NCBI RefSeq assembly: GCF_009914755.1
Contig: NC_060933.1
Length of the DNA stretch: 64,000 bases
From: the human T2T-CHM13v2.0 reference genome, Homo sapiens
Direction: 5' to 3' (one strand)
The position numbers were made by a program, and so were the translations under genes. This document shows, in pieces, positions 49,315 to 61,857 of this stretch (the stretch's first letter is position 1; each line of letters begins with the position of its first letter). Below the pieces are notes generated by a model. That model made no database searches, had not been told where the DNA came from, and was given only the letters and a program-made list of their open reading frames with translations.

Positions 49315-51067
49315 CTAGAAAAACAAAGGCAAAGTATTTTAGTACCTGAAGAAACAGGTACTAGACAGTGTATAAACATGTCAAGTTCAACCAGTTAGAG
49401 AAGGAGAGAGACTCTTCCGTTCACTGGGTCTTCTACATAAACACATCTCAAGATTTTTATTGCAAACCAATAGCTTCTCCTCTGAGCCATACCCCTAGGA
49501 TGGTTAGACATTTCCCTATGGCACTCAGCAATCGCAGAAACATCAAAGTCCAGGACAATGGCAACAACTAACTTGATGTTAGGCAATGAGAGGTAAGAAT
49601 TAGCTGAGCATGAAAAGAGGAAACGTACAGAGAAAAATGGAAAACCTTAACCCAGGCTGCTTAAGAGACTCTGGATAAAATCTGGGGGTGGAGGGATAGA
49701 AGGGCATCACCAGCAAAAAGCCACAGGAGCACTCTTTGAGGCCCTTGTCTCCCGTTTGGAAAGGATGCAGCATTTTATTGAGGGAGCGGCAGCATCCCCA
49801 GGCAGCAGGGCAAGACAGGGCATGTCACACGCTTGTGCAACAGCTTTCTCGGCTCACACCCTTGACTTCTTAGATCCCATCTGATTGCTCAGGTTCAGCT
49901 TGTATTACTCGGAGCTTGCTCTCTTCTGGGACAATTTAAATTACTGACACCTTTACATCATTTTTAAAATAGGGCAGTGTGCCTAACAGAAAGAGTTGTA
50001 TTCTTTGGAATGGAAATGCAGTGATTTGATGTTCTCTCCGTGGTTCAAAGCCCAGAACAGACTCCTGGTGATCCTGGACAAATCCTGGATCTGAGTTTTG
50101 GCTTTTCTTTCTATGAAATGGAAAAATACGTTACCAATAGGTTCCAGGACGTCCATGTATGAAGCCACAGGTGGAAGAACTGGCCCAGCCTCACAGCATC
50201 ACTTTACCTCCTTGCACCATTTTTCTCATCAGAAAGTGAAGGAGTTGGCCTAAACTGAGATTTGTGAGTCAAATTGGATAATTCAATCACAAACACCCCA
50301 AAATGTATGTAAGACACACTGGAAATACTTCATATTTTCATACATGAAAATGACCCTGTGTTGTCTGGAAGAGAGTGGGTGCTCTTGACATTATTTGTCA
50401 TAAGCACACTTGGTGATTTTCTTTGATCTCTAACCTTACAGTTTAGAATGCTTACAGAGTTCCTTTTGGCTCCTTAATTCCACATGATTAGTATACCTGA
50501 TTAGGATTCATTAATCATCTTTGGCTGTCCAAGGAGGTTTATGCATGTTTAACGACTTGAGACACTGGGGCCAGCCTGGGGACACCAAGTCATTCTATGT
50601 TACCTAAGGGTTCCATTTTGGCGATGAAAGTTAAAGTATGCTGGGATATACAGAATCAGCATAAATGTTATTACTTTAAAAATTCTTTCATCTCACTCCT
50701 CAGTTCTGCAAACCTCCACCCAAATCCTTGGGCAGTCATCTGGAAATGGCTTTGTACTGATTTACAGGGCAATGTAATTTCTCCTTCCCACTGCCTCAGG
50801 ACAATGCTGGGAGAGACTGGTTCTCAGAATGCATGGGTAGATGATTCTAAATGACATTCCAAGATTCCTTCCAGTTCTGTGAGTTTGAGAAACAAACATA
50901 TGCTACCCTGTGGGCCTGGCTCTCTAACTAACTATTCTCCCTCCACAAAATACATCCCTTCAACAACCTGCAACTTGCCATTGTCTGCCATGAACTTTGA
51001 GTGGTTGTGCAAATTCAGATAAGTGTGACTGCATCTAGTGCAAGCTGAATGGAGGTGAATTATTTGG

Positions 51068-51444
51068 TGTATTCGTCCACTCTCGCACTGCTGAGAACTA
51101 CCTGAGACTGGGTAATTTATAAAGAAAAGAGTTTTAGTTGATGCAGAGTTCCATGGGCTGTACAGGAGGCATGGCTGGGAGGCCTCAGGAAACTTATGAT
51201 CATGGCAGAAGGCAAGGGGAAAACAAGCACGTCTTAATATGGCAAAGTGGTGGTGGGTGGTAGGGGGAAGTGCTGTACACTTTTAAACCATCAGATCTCA
51301 TGAGAACTTACTCACTAGCACGAGAACAGCATGGGGGAAATCTGCCCCCATGATCCAATCACCTCCCACCAGGCCCCTCGCCCAATATTGGGAATTACAA
51401 ATCAGCATGAGATTTAAGTGGGGACATAGAGCCAAACCATATCA
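51068..51444 (-). mobile_element. MSTA/THE1-type MaLR solo LTR
   Basis: TG...CA ends, 5-bp TSD TTTGG (51063-51067, 51445-51449), minus strand starts TGATATGGTTTGGCT. Confidence 0.88.
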
Positions 51445-51699
51445 TTTGGTAAGCTTCCACATGCAGCTTCACTCAGCATTGAAGAAACTGAGCTAGAATC
51501 CTAATTGCATGGCGACATGTTAGGACTCGATGAGGCCTTCAGCCTTGGCAGAAATGACTTGTGGGAGGATGGGCCTGAAGAACCACAGGCTCTCAAAGGG
51601 TGCAGAGTGGCGTCCTAGGATCTTCAGGGGTTTTTGGTGGTCTTATGCCTATCCTCACCTCACTCTTTTAGAATTATCAACCCAGCAACAGACTGTTAG

Positions 51700-52140
51700 C
51701 ATTTTCATTAATTTCCTTCTTCCTGCCCTGTACATTCACTCAAGAAATATTTATCAAGCACCTAATATGCTTGATGCTGGGGATACAGCAGTGAAAAAGG
51801 CAGGTGCAGTCTCAGCTTCTCTGGGAAGTTATGGTCTAGTGTGGAAATGGACAACAAACAAGTACTATTGCAGAGGCTGGTGAGTTTCCAGAGAAACAAG
51901 CAAGGGCTGAGCCAAGAGATGACCAAGAACCAGGCTAAGTATGGTCTTGTGGGCCCATTAGGAGTCTGATTGTTGTTCTAAATGTAACGGGAAGCTGTTA
52001 GAGGACTTTGAGCAGAGGAGCTACATGATCTACCTTACGTATGTTTTCAAAAGTTCACTGTGGTTGCAGTTTGGAGATTGGATTCTAAGTCAGTGATGTC
52101 AATGCAAGGAGTCCAGGCCCAGGAGTCTAGAAGAGATCAT
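51700..52140 (-). mobile_element. L2 fragment
   Basis: CATTCACTCAAGAAATATTTATCAAGCACCTA...GATGCTGGGGATACAGCAGTGAA. Confidence 0.65.
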
Positions 52141-52409
52141 GGGAGCTTGGACGAGGCAGGCAGCATGGAGATAGAAGTCGATAGAGCACAGAAAAATTGT
52201 GAAGCAGAACAGATTGAATTTGAGAATGAGGAAAGATGAAACCTCCTTTGAAACTCTGCTGAAAGGGGTGCAGGATAATTAATAATAATAAGCAGTTTTC
52301 TGTCTCTAGGGGTGAAGACATCAACTTTGGAACAGACCTCTCCTTGTTTTAGCAGAATTATCACAATAGGTATAGTATATGTAACCTCATTCTTTCATTC
52401 AACAAATCT

Positions 52410-52590
52410 TCACTGTATTCAGTACAGTAACATGCTGTATAGGCTTAGGCTGTATCATATAGCCTAGGTGTGTGCAGGCTGTGCCATCTAGGTTTGTGTA
52501 AGCACACTCTATGATGTTCACACAACGATGAAATCGCCCAAGGATGCATTTCTCAAAACATATCCCTGTTGTTAAGCGATGCGTGACGGT
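52410..52590. mobile_element. Tigger3-like DNA transposon end
   Basis: CATCTAGGTTTGTGTAAG...GCATTTCTCA...TATCCCTGTTGTTAAGCGATGCGTGAC. Confidence 0.75.
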
Positions 52591-53736
52591 ACTTGTTGAA
52601 TGAATGAATCTGAACACATCTGTTGATGTTCTGGTTTGGGACTATAATTTGTTGTCTAAGTTTGAGTAGAATTTGTGACTCCAAGGAGGTGGGCTTAAAA
52701 AAATTGTTTTTGGAGATAGTTAATTGTTGTGCTGATGAGAAGCAGCTTTTTCTTTCATTTTGATATTTCATATGAGGCGTATTCTTACGTCATTAAAAAG
52801 TCTTCACACACACCCTGCTTGGATATGCCTCAGATGCACACACCACAACATGCTGAGCCAGTCTTCCCTCCCCTCCAGCTCCCTCCCCTCAAGCCAGCTG
52901 CTCCCCTTGCCCCTGCCCAGTTCGTTTTGATGGTTACAGAAATGCCTCTCACCCCCAGCAGCTTTGAATTCTTGTTATTTTTAATTAATCTTTGCTGCCT
53001 TTCTATACAAGACATAAGCCAAACAATACAATTAAATGACAGTCCCTGCTTATCTCTGAGGCAGTGTGCGTGGTTCTTTGGAGCTGGCACTCAGTTTGAA
53101 GCATGAGAAAAAGAAGAGGAAAAAGCAAGACTTTTCACATCCTGAACTGGCTTCTGCTCCCGTCATCCCTGAATTTTCTCTCTCTGTGCTTTGCCTTAGT
53201 ATTTCCTCTGGCCTCATAAAGAAAAGGAAAGAACAAAACAACCCACAGATTATTAACTCTACAAAAGTCGTTCTCAAACAGCCTGGATGGTTGTCTGAAA
53301 TAGGCATGTGTTGACTTTGCACAGGTGGTGAAACGAGTGGTCTGTGGCTAGTTTTCAGGCTTCCATGTGGAACCCTTCTGTGAGGCAGCCCTCATGAAGA
53401 GTGCTGATCCCAAAAATGCACACGCGTATGAGCAGAGCCAGCGGGGCTGGGAGTGGAAAATACCAGTGTGTAAACACGTTAGAGATGGTGCCAGGAGTTG
53501 TGCCCCTTTCTCTAAAAAAAAAAAAAAAAAAAAAGTTAAATAAATTCTGATGCTTTTTCCACTTTGAAATCTTTTAAGGATGTAAGAGGTAGAAGCAGTG
53601 TGCATCCCCTGTGTAATTCTGCCCACTAGTCCACAGAGAGCGTGCCTCTTAAATAACCTCTTTAGGGATTTCACTTGTGCGGAGCTTAAAGATCTTTTAA
53701 ACATCTATACTAATCTTTAAAAATAAAGCAAAATGA

Positions 53737-54190
53737 GGCCAGGTGCAATGGCTCATGCCTGTAATCCCAGGACTTTGTTGGACCAAGGTGGGAGGATCAC
53801 TTGAGGGCAGGAATTCGAGACCATCCTGGGCAACATAGCGAGACCCCTATCTCTACAAAAAAAAAATGAAGCACAATGGGTATACCTTGAAGACATTATG
53901 CTAAGTGAAATAAACCAGTCACACAAAAGGGCAAATTCTTATGATTCCACTTACAGGTGGTACTTAGAGTGGTCAAATTCATACAGACAGGAAGTAGAAG
54001 GGTAGTTGCTGGAGCTGGGGAGTGGCGGGAGTTATAGTTCAATGTGTACAGAGTTTCAGTGTGGGAAGATGAAAAGGTTCTGGTGGTGGATGGTGGTGAC
54101 GATTGCACAAAAATATGACTGTACTTACTGCCACTTAACTGTACACTTGAAAATGGTAAATTTTATGTTATGCATATTTTGTCAATAAAA
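53737..54190 (+). mobile_element. Alu monomer (53737-53866) followed by L1M 3' end (53873-54190)
   Basis: FLAM-like arm; L1 3'UTR motifs flanked by AAAAAATGAAGCA repeats. Confidence 0.8.
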
Positions 54191-54356
54191 AAATGAAGCA
54201 AAGTAGGCAAGGAAATAAACTGAGGTAAAGAGAGTAGGATGGATATCTTTTCCTATCTGTTGGGGTCAGAATAAAGAAAGTAATAGGACTTTGACTTTTG
54301 GTTTCTTTTTGCTACATAAACTATGATTACTGCCTCTCTCCCACTTTTTAAAATTG

Positions 54357-54754
54357 TTGTTTGTTTTTGAGACAGGGTCTCACTCTGTCACCCAGGCTGG
54401 AGTCCAGTGGCGCAATCTTGGCTTATTGCAACCTCCGCCTCCCGGGATCAATCATTCTGTATGACTCCGCATACAAGAGGTACTTAGAGTGGTCGGATTC
54501 ATAGAGACAGGAAGTAGAATGGTGGTTGCTGGAGCTGGGGGCAGCAATTCTCCTCCCTCAGCCTCCTGAGTAGCTGGGACTACGGGTGCGGGACACCATG
54601 CAAGGCTAATTTTTAATTTTTTTTTTTTTTTTTTTTAGTAGAGACGGGGTTTCACCATGTTGGCCAGACTGGTCTCAAACTTCGGACCTCAAGTGATCCG
54701 CCTGCCTAGGCTTCCCAAAGTGCTGGGATTATAGGCGTCAGCCACTGGGCCCAG
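54357..54754 (-). mobile_element. Alu (S-like) with internal ~90-bp L1-derived insert
   Basis: Alu right arm split at CCCGGGATCA / AGCAATTCTCC. Confidence 0.88.
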
Positions 54755-55057
54755 CTTCCCTTCCTCACGTTCTCTGGGAATAATGATAAGGGAAAAGGAT
54801 CTTTAGCTCCAACTACAAAAAGGGCAGCAGAAATAATCTTGTCTCATTCCAAATAGATTTTCTCCCCTGCTCATGTTGCCTACTTCTCTTCTCACTGCTC
54901 TCTAAACAGGATGGCTGGGTCTGATTGGCAATCGCAGCAGAGCCCAGCATCTTTCACATATAGAAGTACTCAATGAATAATACTTGTGAAAATTGAATTT
55001 CTGCCTTTTTACGAAATATGTATTTCATAAAGAAGCTTCTTTGTACTTGCTAAATGA

Positions 55058-55415
<358 letters not shown>

Positions 55416-55829
55416 TGGACTGTCTTTATAGATCAGTGCAAAATAGGCAAGAAGGACAAAATAATATTTTGAGATTAAATTATGTTTCCTCCTTTGCTGC
55501 TGCTTTATTCAAGCACTTAGCTGAGGGTGTTCCTTGTTGAACTGGAGGAAATTTGGGGGCAGAACACTATAAACAGTCCTTCAGAGAGCTTGTTACCTGT
55601 AGGCTCAATAAGGCCTCAGATAAGCTGGAGTTTGTCCCTCAAAATATTGATCTGTACAGTGTTTTGCTGAAATTTACATTTGTAGATGTTTAAAAATGAG
55701 ATGTCACATAAAAATCTGGGTTCCTGGGTTTTCTTTCAAAACGTGAAGACAGCTCAAGCAACTTCATTTGCCTGCTTGGCAACAACCAGCTGGATCTGAA
55801 CTTCAGCTGTTGCATTTAGGATGGCATAA

Positions 55830-56255
55830 TAATCAGGATAATGTGAGCTGCTGTAACAAATCGCCTCTCATATTTCAGTGACATAGCACAAAAGAAGCTG
55901 ATTTCTCACTTACATATGACAAGTCTGGTGCAGGTGATTCAGGGACCTGGGGCTCCCTCTTTGCTGTGTCTCCACTGTCCTTAGGGGCCAGGGAGTTTTT
56001 TGTTTTCAGCCTGTGGAATGGGAAAAAGGAAGTGGAGAAGCACACCCATTTCTCAACCACCCTGGCCTGAAAGTGACACACATCCACTTGGCCCACATTC
56101 CACTGGGGGGACCCAGTCATGTGGCTCACCTAGATGCAAAGGGAGCTGGGAAACATGAAGCCGGTTTGAGCAGCCACTTCCTGCCATCAACCCTATCCCA
56201 TGGATGGGGGAATCATAAATGTGCAGTGGCCGCGTGCACCTGTGCCACAAATGGA
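55830..56255 (-). mobile_element. MLT1J-like MaLR LTR
   Basis: GCTGCTGTAACAAA...AAGTGACACACATC...CACATTCCACTGG...TGCAAAGGGAGCTGGGAAA. Confidence 0.6.
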
Positions 56256-58354
56256 CAGGTGAACTCAATTTGCCACAGTTCCCACTACTTGTTTCATATC
56301 CCTGAGTGGCCCCTGGAGGCATTTGAGTTTGTGGCTCTGGTTTAAGGTGTTTGTGGGCACAGTGTGAGGAAGAAACATGGAAAAGACAGATTTTCTCTAG
56401 ACTGAAAAGGAGATTGCCCAGGGGCGGGAGGAAGACAAACAGAGGTCAGTGGGTCCTGAGGCTGACGGTATGTGTGACTTGTGTCCCTGAAATACCATCT
56501 TGGAAACTGCAGGACCCCCGGGAGGAATGGCTGCAGGGGATGTCTTAGCAGATGAGACAATAGCCACCGCCACCCCACCCCAAATTCCTGTGCCCCTAGT
56601 GGGATACAGAAGTAGTAGGTTGCTCATCAACCCAAGCAGCCACATCAGCTTGGGCAGTGGAAACAACTCAGCCATATCTTTTGGGAACAGAGGACCAAAT
56701 GGATGTGCTGTCCCTTCTCCCAACCCACTACATGGGACTGTGTATAGCCCTGGTGTTAGGAACTAACTCCAGGAAGGATGAAGGCTGACTCCCTTAGTCT
56801 CCAGTAGATAAGCTGCTAGGGGCAGCTACTAATATATAATAACTGAGTTATTTACGTAAAATAATGGATATGTGATGCTTCTTGCATGCCTGAGTTTCTG
56901 GGCTGAGATTTATTCTGTCTTGAATGTCGCGGTTTTCTTAATGAAGTTGCTGAGGAACGCAGGGGCCTTGTTCATTTTGCCTTTTTCTGGAAACTTTGTC
57001 CTCCAATTCCCAGATCCAGAGCAGTGCCTCTGCTCTCAGCCCCATACCGCCCACATTCTCATTAGGAAAAGCAAACAAAAGCCAAAGTCCTGTCCAGTTA
57101 CAAGCCTTCTCTAAACGGGGCAGTTGGACTGTATATATTCCTGGCGCATCAATTTTACTCAGACAGGGAAAATATTTTTACATTAAAAGAAACTAGGTTA
57201 AATTATGGTAGAGAATGCAAAATTCACAGTTTAAAAATGATGAAATTCCAGACTTCAAAGGAACTTCTTTCTTGCAGGGTAGGGGGAGGGTATTCTGTTT
57301 CAGAACCCCATGCGGGTCTCCACTGGAGTTCTTTTGAGAAGGACACTTCTGTGGAAAAGTTTGAGCAGCTCTGGCCCTGCGCCTGGCCTGGCTAGGGGCC
57401 ACCTTCTTCTGGTTTGGGCTGCAGCGCCCTATGGGTATCGCGTTCTTGTTAATATCTCCTCACGTTTCTAAACTCACAGCTTGTCAGCGCGGGCGCAACC
57501 TGAGAGCTGTCGCAGGTTTCCAGCTCACTCGTTTCCCAAAGGAGGAAATGGAGAATCAGCGACTTTAAAGGACTTGCCTGGCGGGCATCCACGCTTCCCA
57601 GGCTATCGCTCCTCCCTGCGTCCTTGGCCACCTCCGTTCTTTAATCCTGCAGGAACTCAGGACCCACGTGCAAATACAAAGAACCGTATCCACCCACCCC
57701 CGGCCCTTCTTCATCCTGCGCTTCCAACCTTGGGGGGGTCCTCTCTCTCCACTGGGGTATCTGACGCCCGTGGGGGGTGCTTAGAAAAGTTTGGTAGATT
57801 AGTGACTGGTGGTTCTGGAACAAATACATCACAGCCCAAACTGGGGGCTGGTGGTGGAGAGGTGGGTGGATGGGGGCTACAAATCTGCTCGGCAACTGCC
57901 CTTTCAGCCAAGAGAGAGGAGCTGAGGTCCTCTGGGGTTGGAGGACTGGAACCGGCCAGATTGCGGGCTCAAGGGGCGAAGGCAGGTTGGCAGGGGCAGC
58001 CTCTTCCCGCCGCCCACAATCCTCGGGCGGGCGCGCAGCCGAGCCGGCTCGGCTGGCTGGCGCAATCTCGCGCGCTCCTTGCATTGATCAAAAATGGGGG
58101 TTGAAACAGTAAACGCGAGGAGGAGCAACTGCTTCGACTCGGCTCAGAAGCGCGACCAATGGGGATGTGAGCTCCTTCGCGCGAACCAATTAGCGCAGGG
58201 CCTGCGACAGCACGGGCCAATGGGGCGCCGACTCGGCGCAGGAACAAGGCGGGGGTTCGGGGCCGGCTGCAGACTCTCACCGCAGCGGCCAGGAACGCCA
58301 GCCGTTCACGCGTTCGGTCCTCCTTGGCTGACTCACCGCCCTCGCCGCCGCACC

Positions 58355-58414
58355 ATGGACGCCCCCAGGCAGGTGGTCAACTTTGGGCCTGGTCCCGCCA
58401 AGCTGCCGCACTCA
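58355..58414 (+). CDS. PSAT1: PSAT1 exon 1 coding part (MDAPRQVVNFGPGPAKLPHS)
   Basis: strong Kozak GCCGCACCATGG; NFGPGPAKLP matches the SerC/PSAT N-terminal motif; TCA|gtaagt donor. Confidence 0.97.
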
Positions 58415-58534
58415 GTAAGTCCCCGCGAGCGGGCGCCGGGAGTGAGGTTCAGGCGGGAGCACGCACGCGGGTGGGTTTGCATCCCTGCGTGTGGCAGTCG
58501 GATTCCCGCTCCCTGCCTTGAGTCCCCTAGGCGC

Positions 58535-58543
58535 TTTGCATCA
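58535..58543 (-). promoter_or_regulatory. C/EBP-ATF response element (ATF4 site) TGATGCAAA in PSAT1 intron 1
   Basis: exact CARE/AARE consensus; PSAT1 is an established ATF4 target. Confidence 0.7.
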
Positions 58544-60130
58544 GCGTGCACAGCGGGATCAGCAGCTCCGGCAAGCGGGCTTCGGGAAGAATGCAGTTGG
58601 TGAGGAAGCTCGGCGAGGCGTGCCGGTGCAGCTGCCCCTGGCCCTGACTGCTGGTGCGAGGCAGTGCACGACTCAGCTGGCCGGGGCCTGCTGTCCCGCC
58701 GGTGCCACGCACCTGCAGACGCCCGGGCTGTGCCATCTCCTGGGCCGGTCCGGGGGCTGGGGCGGGGCGAAAAAGAAAAAGCTCTGATCTCTGCCTTCGC
58801 CTCGCGCAGCTGTGCGGCGAGCCCGGGCAGTGTGGAGCGGATGCATGAATGGACATAGTGTGAATGAGTGATGAACGGGAATGAACCGATGACAGGTTTT
58901 GCATATGCAGTGGATCACGTTAGCTGAAAGGGATTGCAAACTTAAAGGTCCGCGTGTGCGTGCCCCCCTACGCCTTACACCAGTGTTTGCTTTAGCCAGC
59001 ACTTAGGAACACTGCTTTTCAGAAATGTAAATTTGAAAACCTTCAGTCCAGCTTTCCCCTCCTTGTCCCCCATAGAACCTACCCTTTCCTAAAGCCTTTC
59101 TCCCCACCCCCCTCCTTTTTTTAACCTGCTTGTCCCCTAAAGGCGTTCGAGTATTCTAACTCTGGTAGACTTTGGGCTGCTTAACCCAATTCCCTGTTCA
59201 TTTCGTTCTGGAGTAAACCGAGTGATTGAATTCTCTCCCGGGCCACAATCAGATCTTGCTGGTGGAACTCACTCTCTGCCTTCCCAGGCCCCAGCCCCGC
59301 TCCTCCCCTCCCCCGCCAAACCCACCGTCCCCAGCCCCACCCGCAGTGAAGAAGGCAAAGTCTCCGATGTGCCTTGAGCCCATTGTCAGGCGGCTGCCGC
59401 CGCCGTTAGATTTTTATTTTTCTAACCAGGATAGAGCTGATAATATGTTGGAGCAGCATGAGGCATAGCCAAGTATTTTACAATTATCAATTGTTGAGCA
59501 GAGTAGAAATCTCCCTGGGACAGAGCCTCCTCTGTGTTGTGGTAAGAACAGAGAATCCAATTTTAAAGGGGAAAGGACTTCTTACTTTTCTAGGGGCAGC
59601 GCTCACAGTAGCTGAGAGGACAGGGCTTATTTTTTCTCAGTGGTTACAGTTCATTTTAGGCGAGATTCCCTGCTCCAGCTGTGGAGATGTTTCCTGTAGC
59701 CTCCTCCTGCACCCCCCATGTTTTGGAGTGTTCCCAACGTTTGTTCCCTATGTATTTCGTTATTAATTTATTACTATAATTGTAATGGCAATTGTCATCA
59801 GTAATACAATTATTTGTTATTAATTTTTCTGGGAGGATTTTTGCCCTTGGACTGCATGTAACCTGGGGGGCAGGAGGGTGAGGGGGCAGGCAGATGTTGC
59901 TTTTTATGTATTTCCTTGATTTAGTTGAATTGTAAATATTAGAGAAGCTTTCAAACTTCTTTTGACTGTAACCTACAGTGAAAAACATGTTTACAAAATG
60001 ACAAAGTATACACATTCAATTGTAACAAAAATAAATGCCTTATGAAATGATGTGTAGCCTAATTACCTGTGACATACACTATTTTGTATTCTATCCTGCT
60101 CTAGTCTGTTCTGTTTCATTAAAAAAATTA

Positions 60131-60312
<182 letters not shown>

Positions 60313-60661
60313 ATTGGTTATGATCCACAAAAGCAATGCATTCTTCAACTGGAAAAAAAAAAAAACCTACTGGATTAGGGAGGTGTGATTTTTCAGTAGG
60401 AGTCTTTAAAACTCTTTGTAATTATTTTGGTTATAAACTTTTATAGAACTATTTTCAATGAATGCTGTCTATAAGAAAGATACAGTCTCAGGAGCAAGTT
60501 CAAAGATTATTCACAGATGAATGTTTCTCTTTACTAAAAGAAAAGATTCACTCTATTTTATTTGATCAGCTGGTGCTAACAAGCATCCAACATTTCAGAA
60601 AACAATAACACATTCTTAGACCCAGTCGTCAAGGCAGTCTTTTTTTTTAATCTAATTCTTT

Positions 60662-60957
60662 TTTTTTTTTTTTTTTTTTGAGAGAAGTCAAGCTCTGTCA
60701 CGAGGCTGGAGTGCAGTGGCTTGGTCTCGGCTCACTGAAACCTCCGCCTCCCGGGTTCCAGCGATTCTTCTGCCTCCGCCTCCTGAGTAACTGGGATTAC
60801 AGGCACCCACCACCAAGCCCAGCTAATTTTTGTATTTTTAGTAGAGACGGGGTTTCACCATGTTGGCCAAGATGGTCTCAATCTCTTGACCTCATGATCT
60901 GCCCGCCTTGGCCTCCCAAAGTGCTGGGATTACAGGCGTGAGCCACCACGCCCGGCC
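60662..60957 (-). mobile_element. Alu (S-like)
   Basis: TSD TCTAATTCTTT at 60651-60661 and 60961-60971. Confidence 0.93.
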
Positions 60958-61748
60958 TTGTCTAATTCTTTATTGTTAAAATACTGTTTTTTGAGACAAG
61001 TTGCAATCCAGTTTAGGTTATAGCTGTGTTTTAATGATGCCCTCCTTAGCAAGCATCTTAAAAAAAAAGGTGCCTCCTATCTGTAGACCTTCTCTGGCTG
61101 GTTGCTTTTGCACTTATTTTGTGTTCATTTTTAAAGCTTTTCTTTTTCTCTTTATTTTTTATTAAGGGAATCCTCACATACACAAAGATAAAAGTAGTGT
61201 AATGAACCTCCAAGGACCCATCTCTGAGACTCAACAATTATCAACATTGTGCCAGTCTTGTTGCAGCACCCTGGGACGAATCTTATTCACAGCAGGCTCT
61301 TCCTTCTTCCTGCCCACCCCACGCTTCCCAGTCTAGCACCTTAGACCAAAAGAGATCGGAAAATTGAGTTACCTGTATAATCTGGGCATAATTTTTTTAT
61401 CGTTGTCCCTTTAACCCAGAACTTTATGCATTCTTTACTTTAGCTTTAGGAGAGTGGTGAATGAGATTTGTGAAGGGGACATTTTCTAGGGAATCGGTAA
61501 ATTCGGGCCTTTGGAAAAAGTGTATCAACATCAGTCACATTGCCTAATTTCATGCTTACCTTGTGTGTAAGTTGCATAATCGCTGGCTTTGTGGACATGG
61601 GAAGGAAGGAGACTGGCTGTGGGTGGGGATGGATGCCTGGGGACCTCACTGTAGACCCTTCCTTGTCCCCTCGTCAGGTTTGTATGTTCAGAGGGAAAGC
61701 AGTGCAGAACATATTTAAATAACCCTATTTTCCTTTATTTTTTTCTAG

Positions 61749-61809
61749 GTGTTGTTAGAGATACAAAAGGAATTATTAGACTACAAAGGAGTTGGCATTA
61801 GTGTTCTTG
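61749..61809 (+). CDS. PSAT1: PSAT1 exon 2 (61 nt; [20 protein letters not shown])
   Basis: ttctag| acceptor, TTG|gtaaga donor; continues the PSAT peptide. Confidence 0.96.
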
Positions 61810-61857
61810 GTAAGATTTACTTTTGAATTCTGTGAATGTCCATGTTTCAAAGGAAGC

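Larger units (their letters stand above)
57950..58830. promoter_or_regulatory. PSAT1: CpG island / PSAT1 promoter, exon 1 and proximal intron 1
   Basis: dense CpG and high GC versus CpG-poor flanks; CCAAT at 58156, 58186, 58217; no TATA box; E-box CACGTG upstream at 57665-57670. Confidence 0.9.

Noticed and set aside
52729-53314. Cluster of 80-125-aa ORFs in the intergenic region
   Set aside because: No homology recognised, no consistent splice sites or promoter; within chance expectation
57481-58104. 207-aa ORF (CTG/TTG-type start) and other overlapping ORFs around the PSAT1 CpG island
   Set aside because: GC-rich, stop-poor DNA; low-complexity G/P/A/R peptides; no recognisable domain or splice structure
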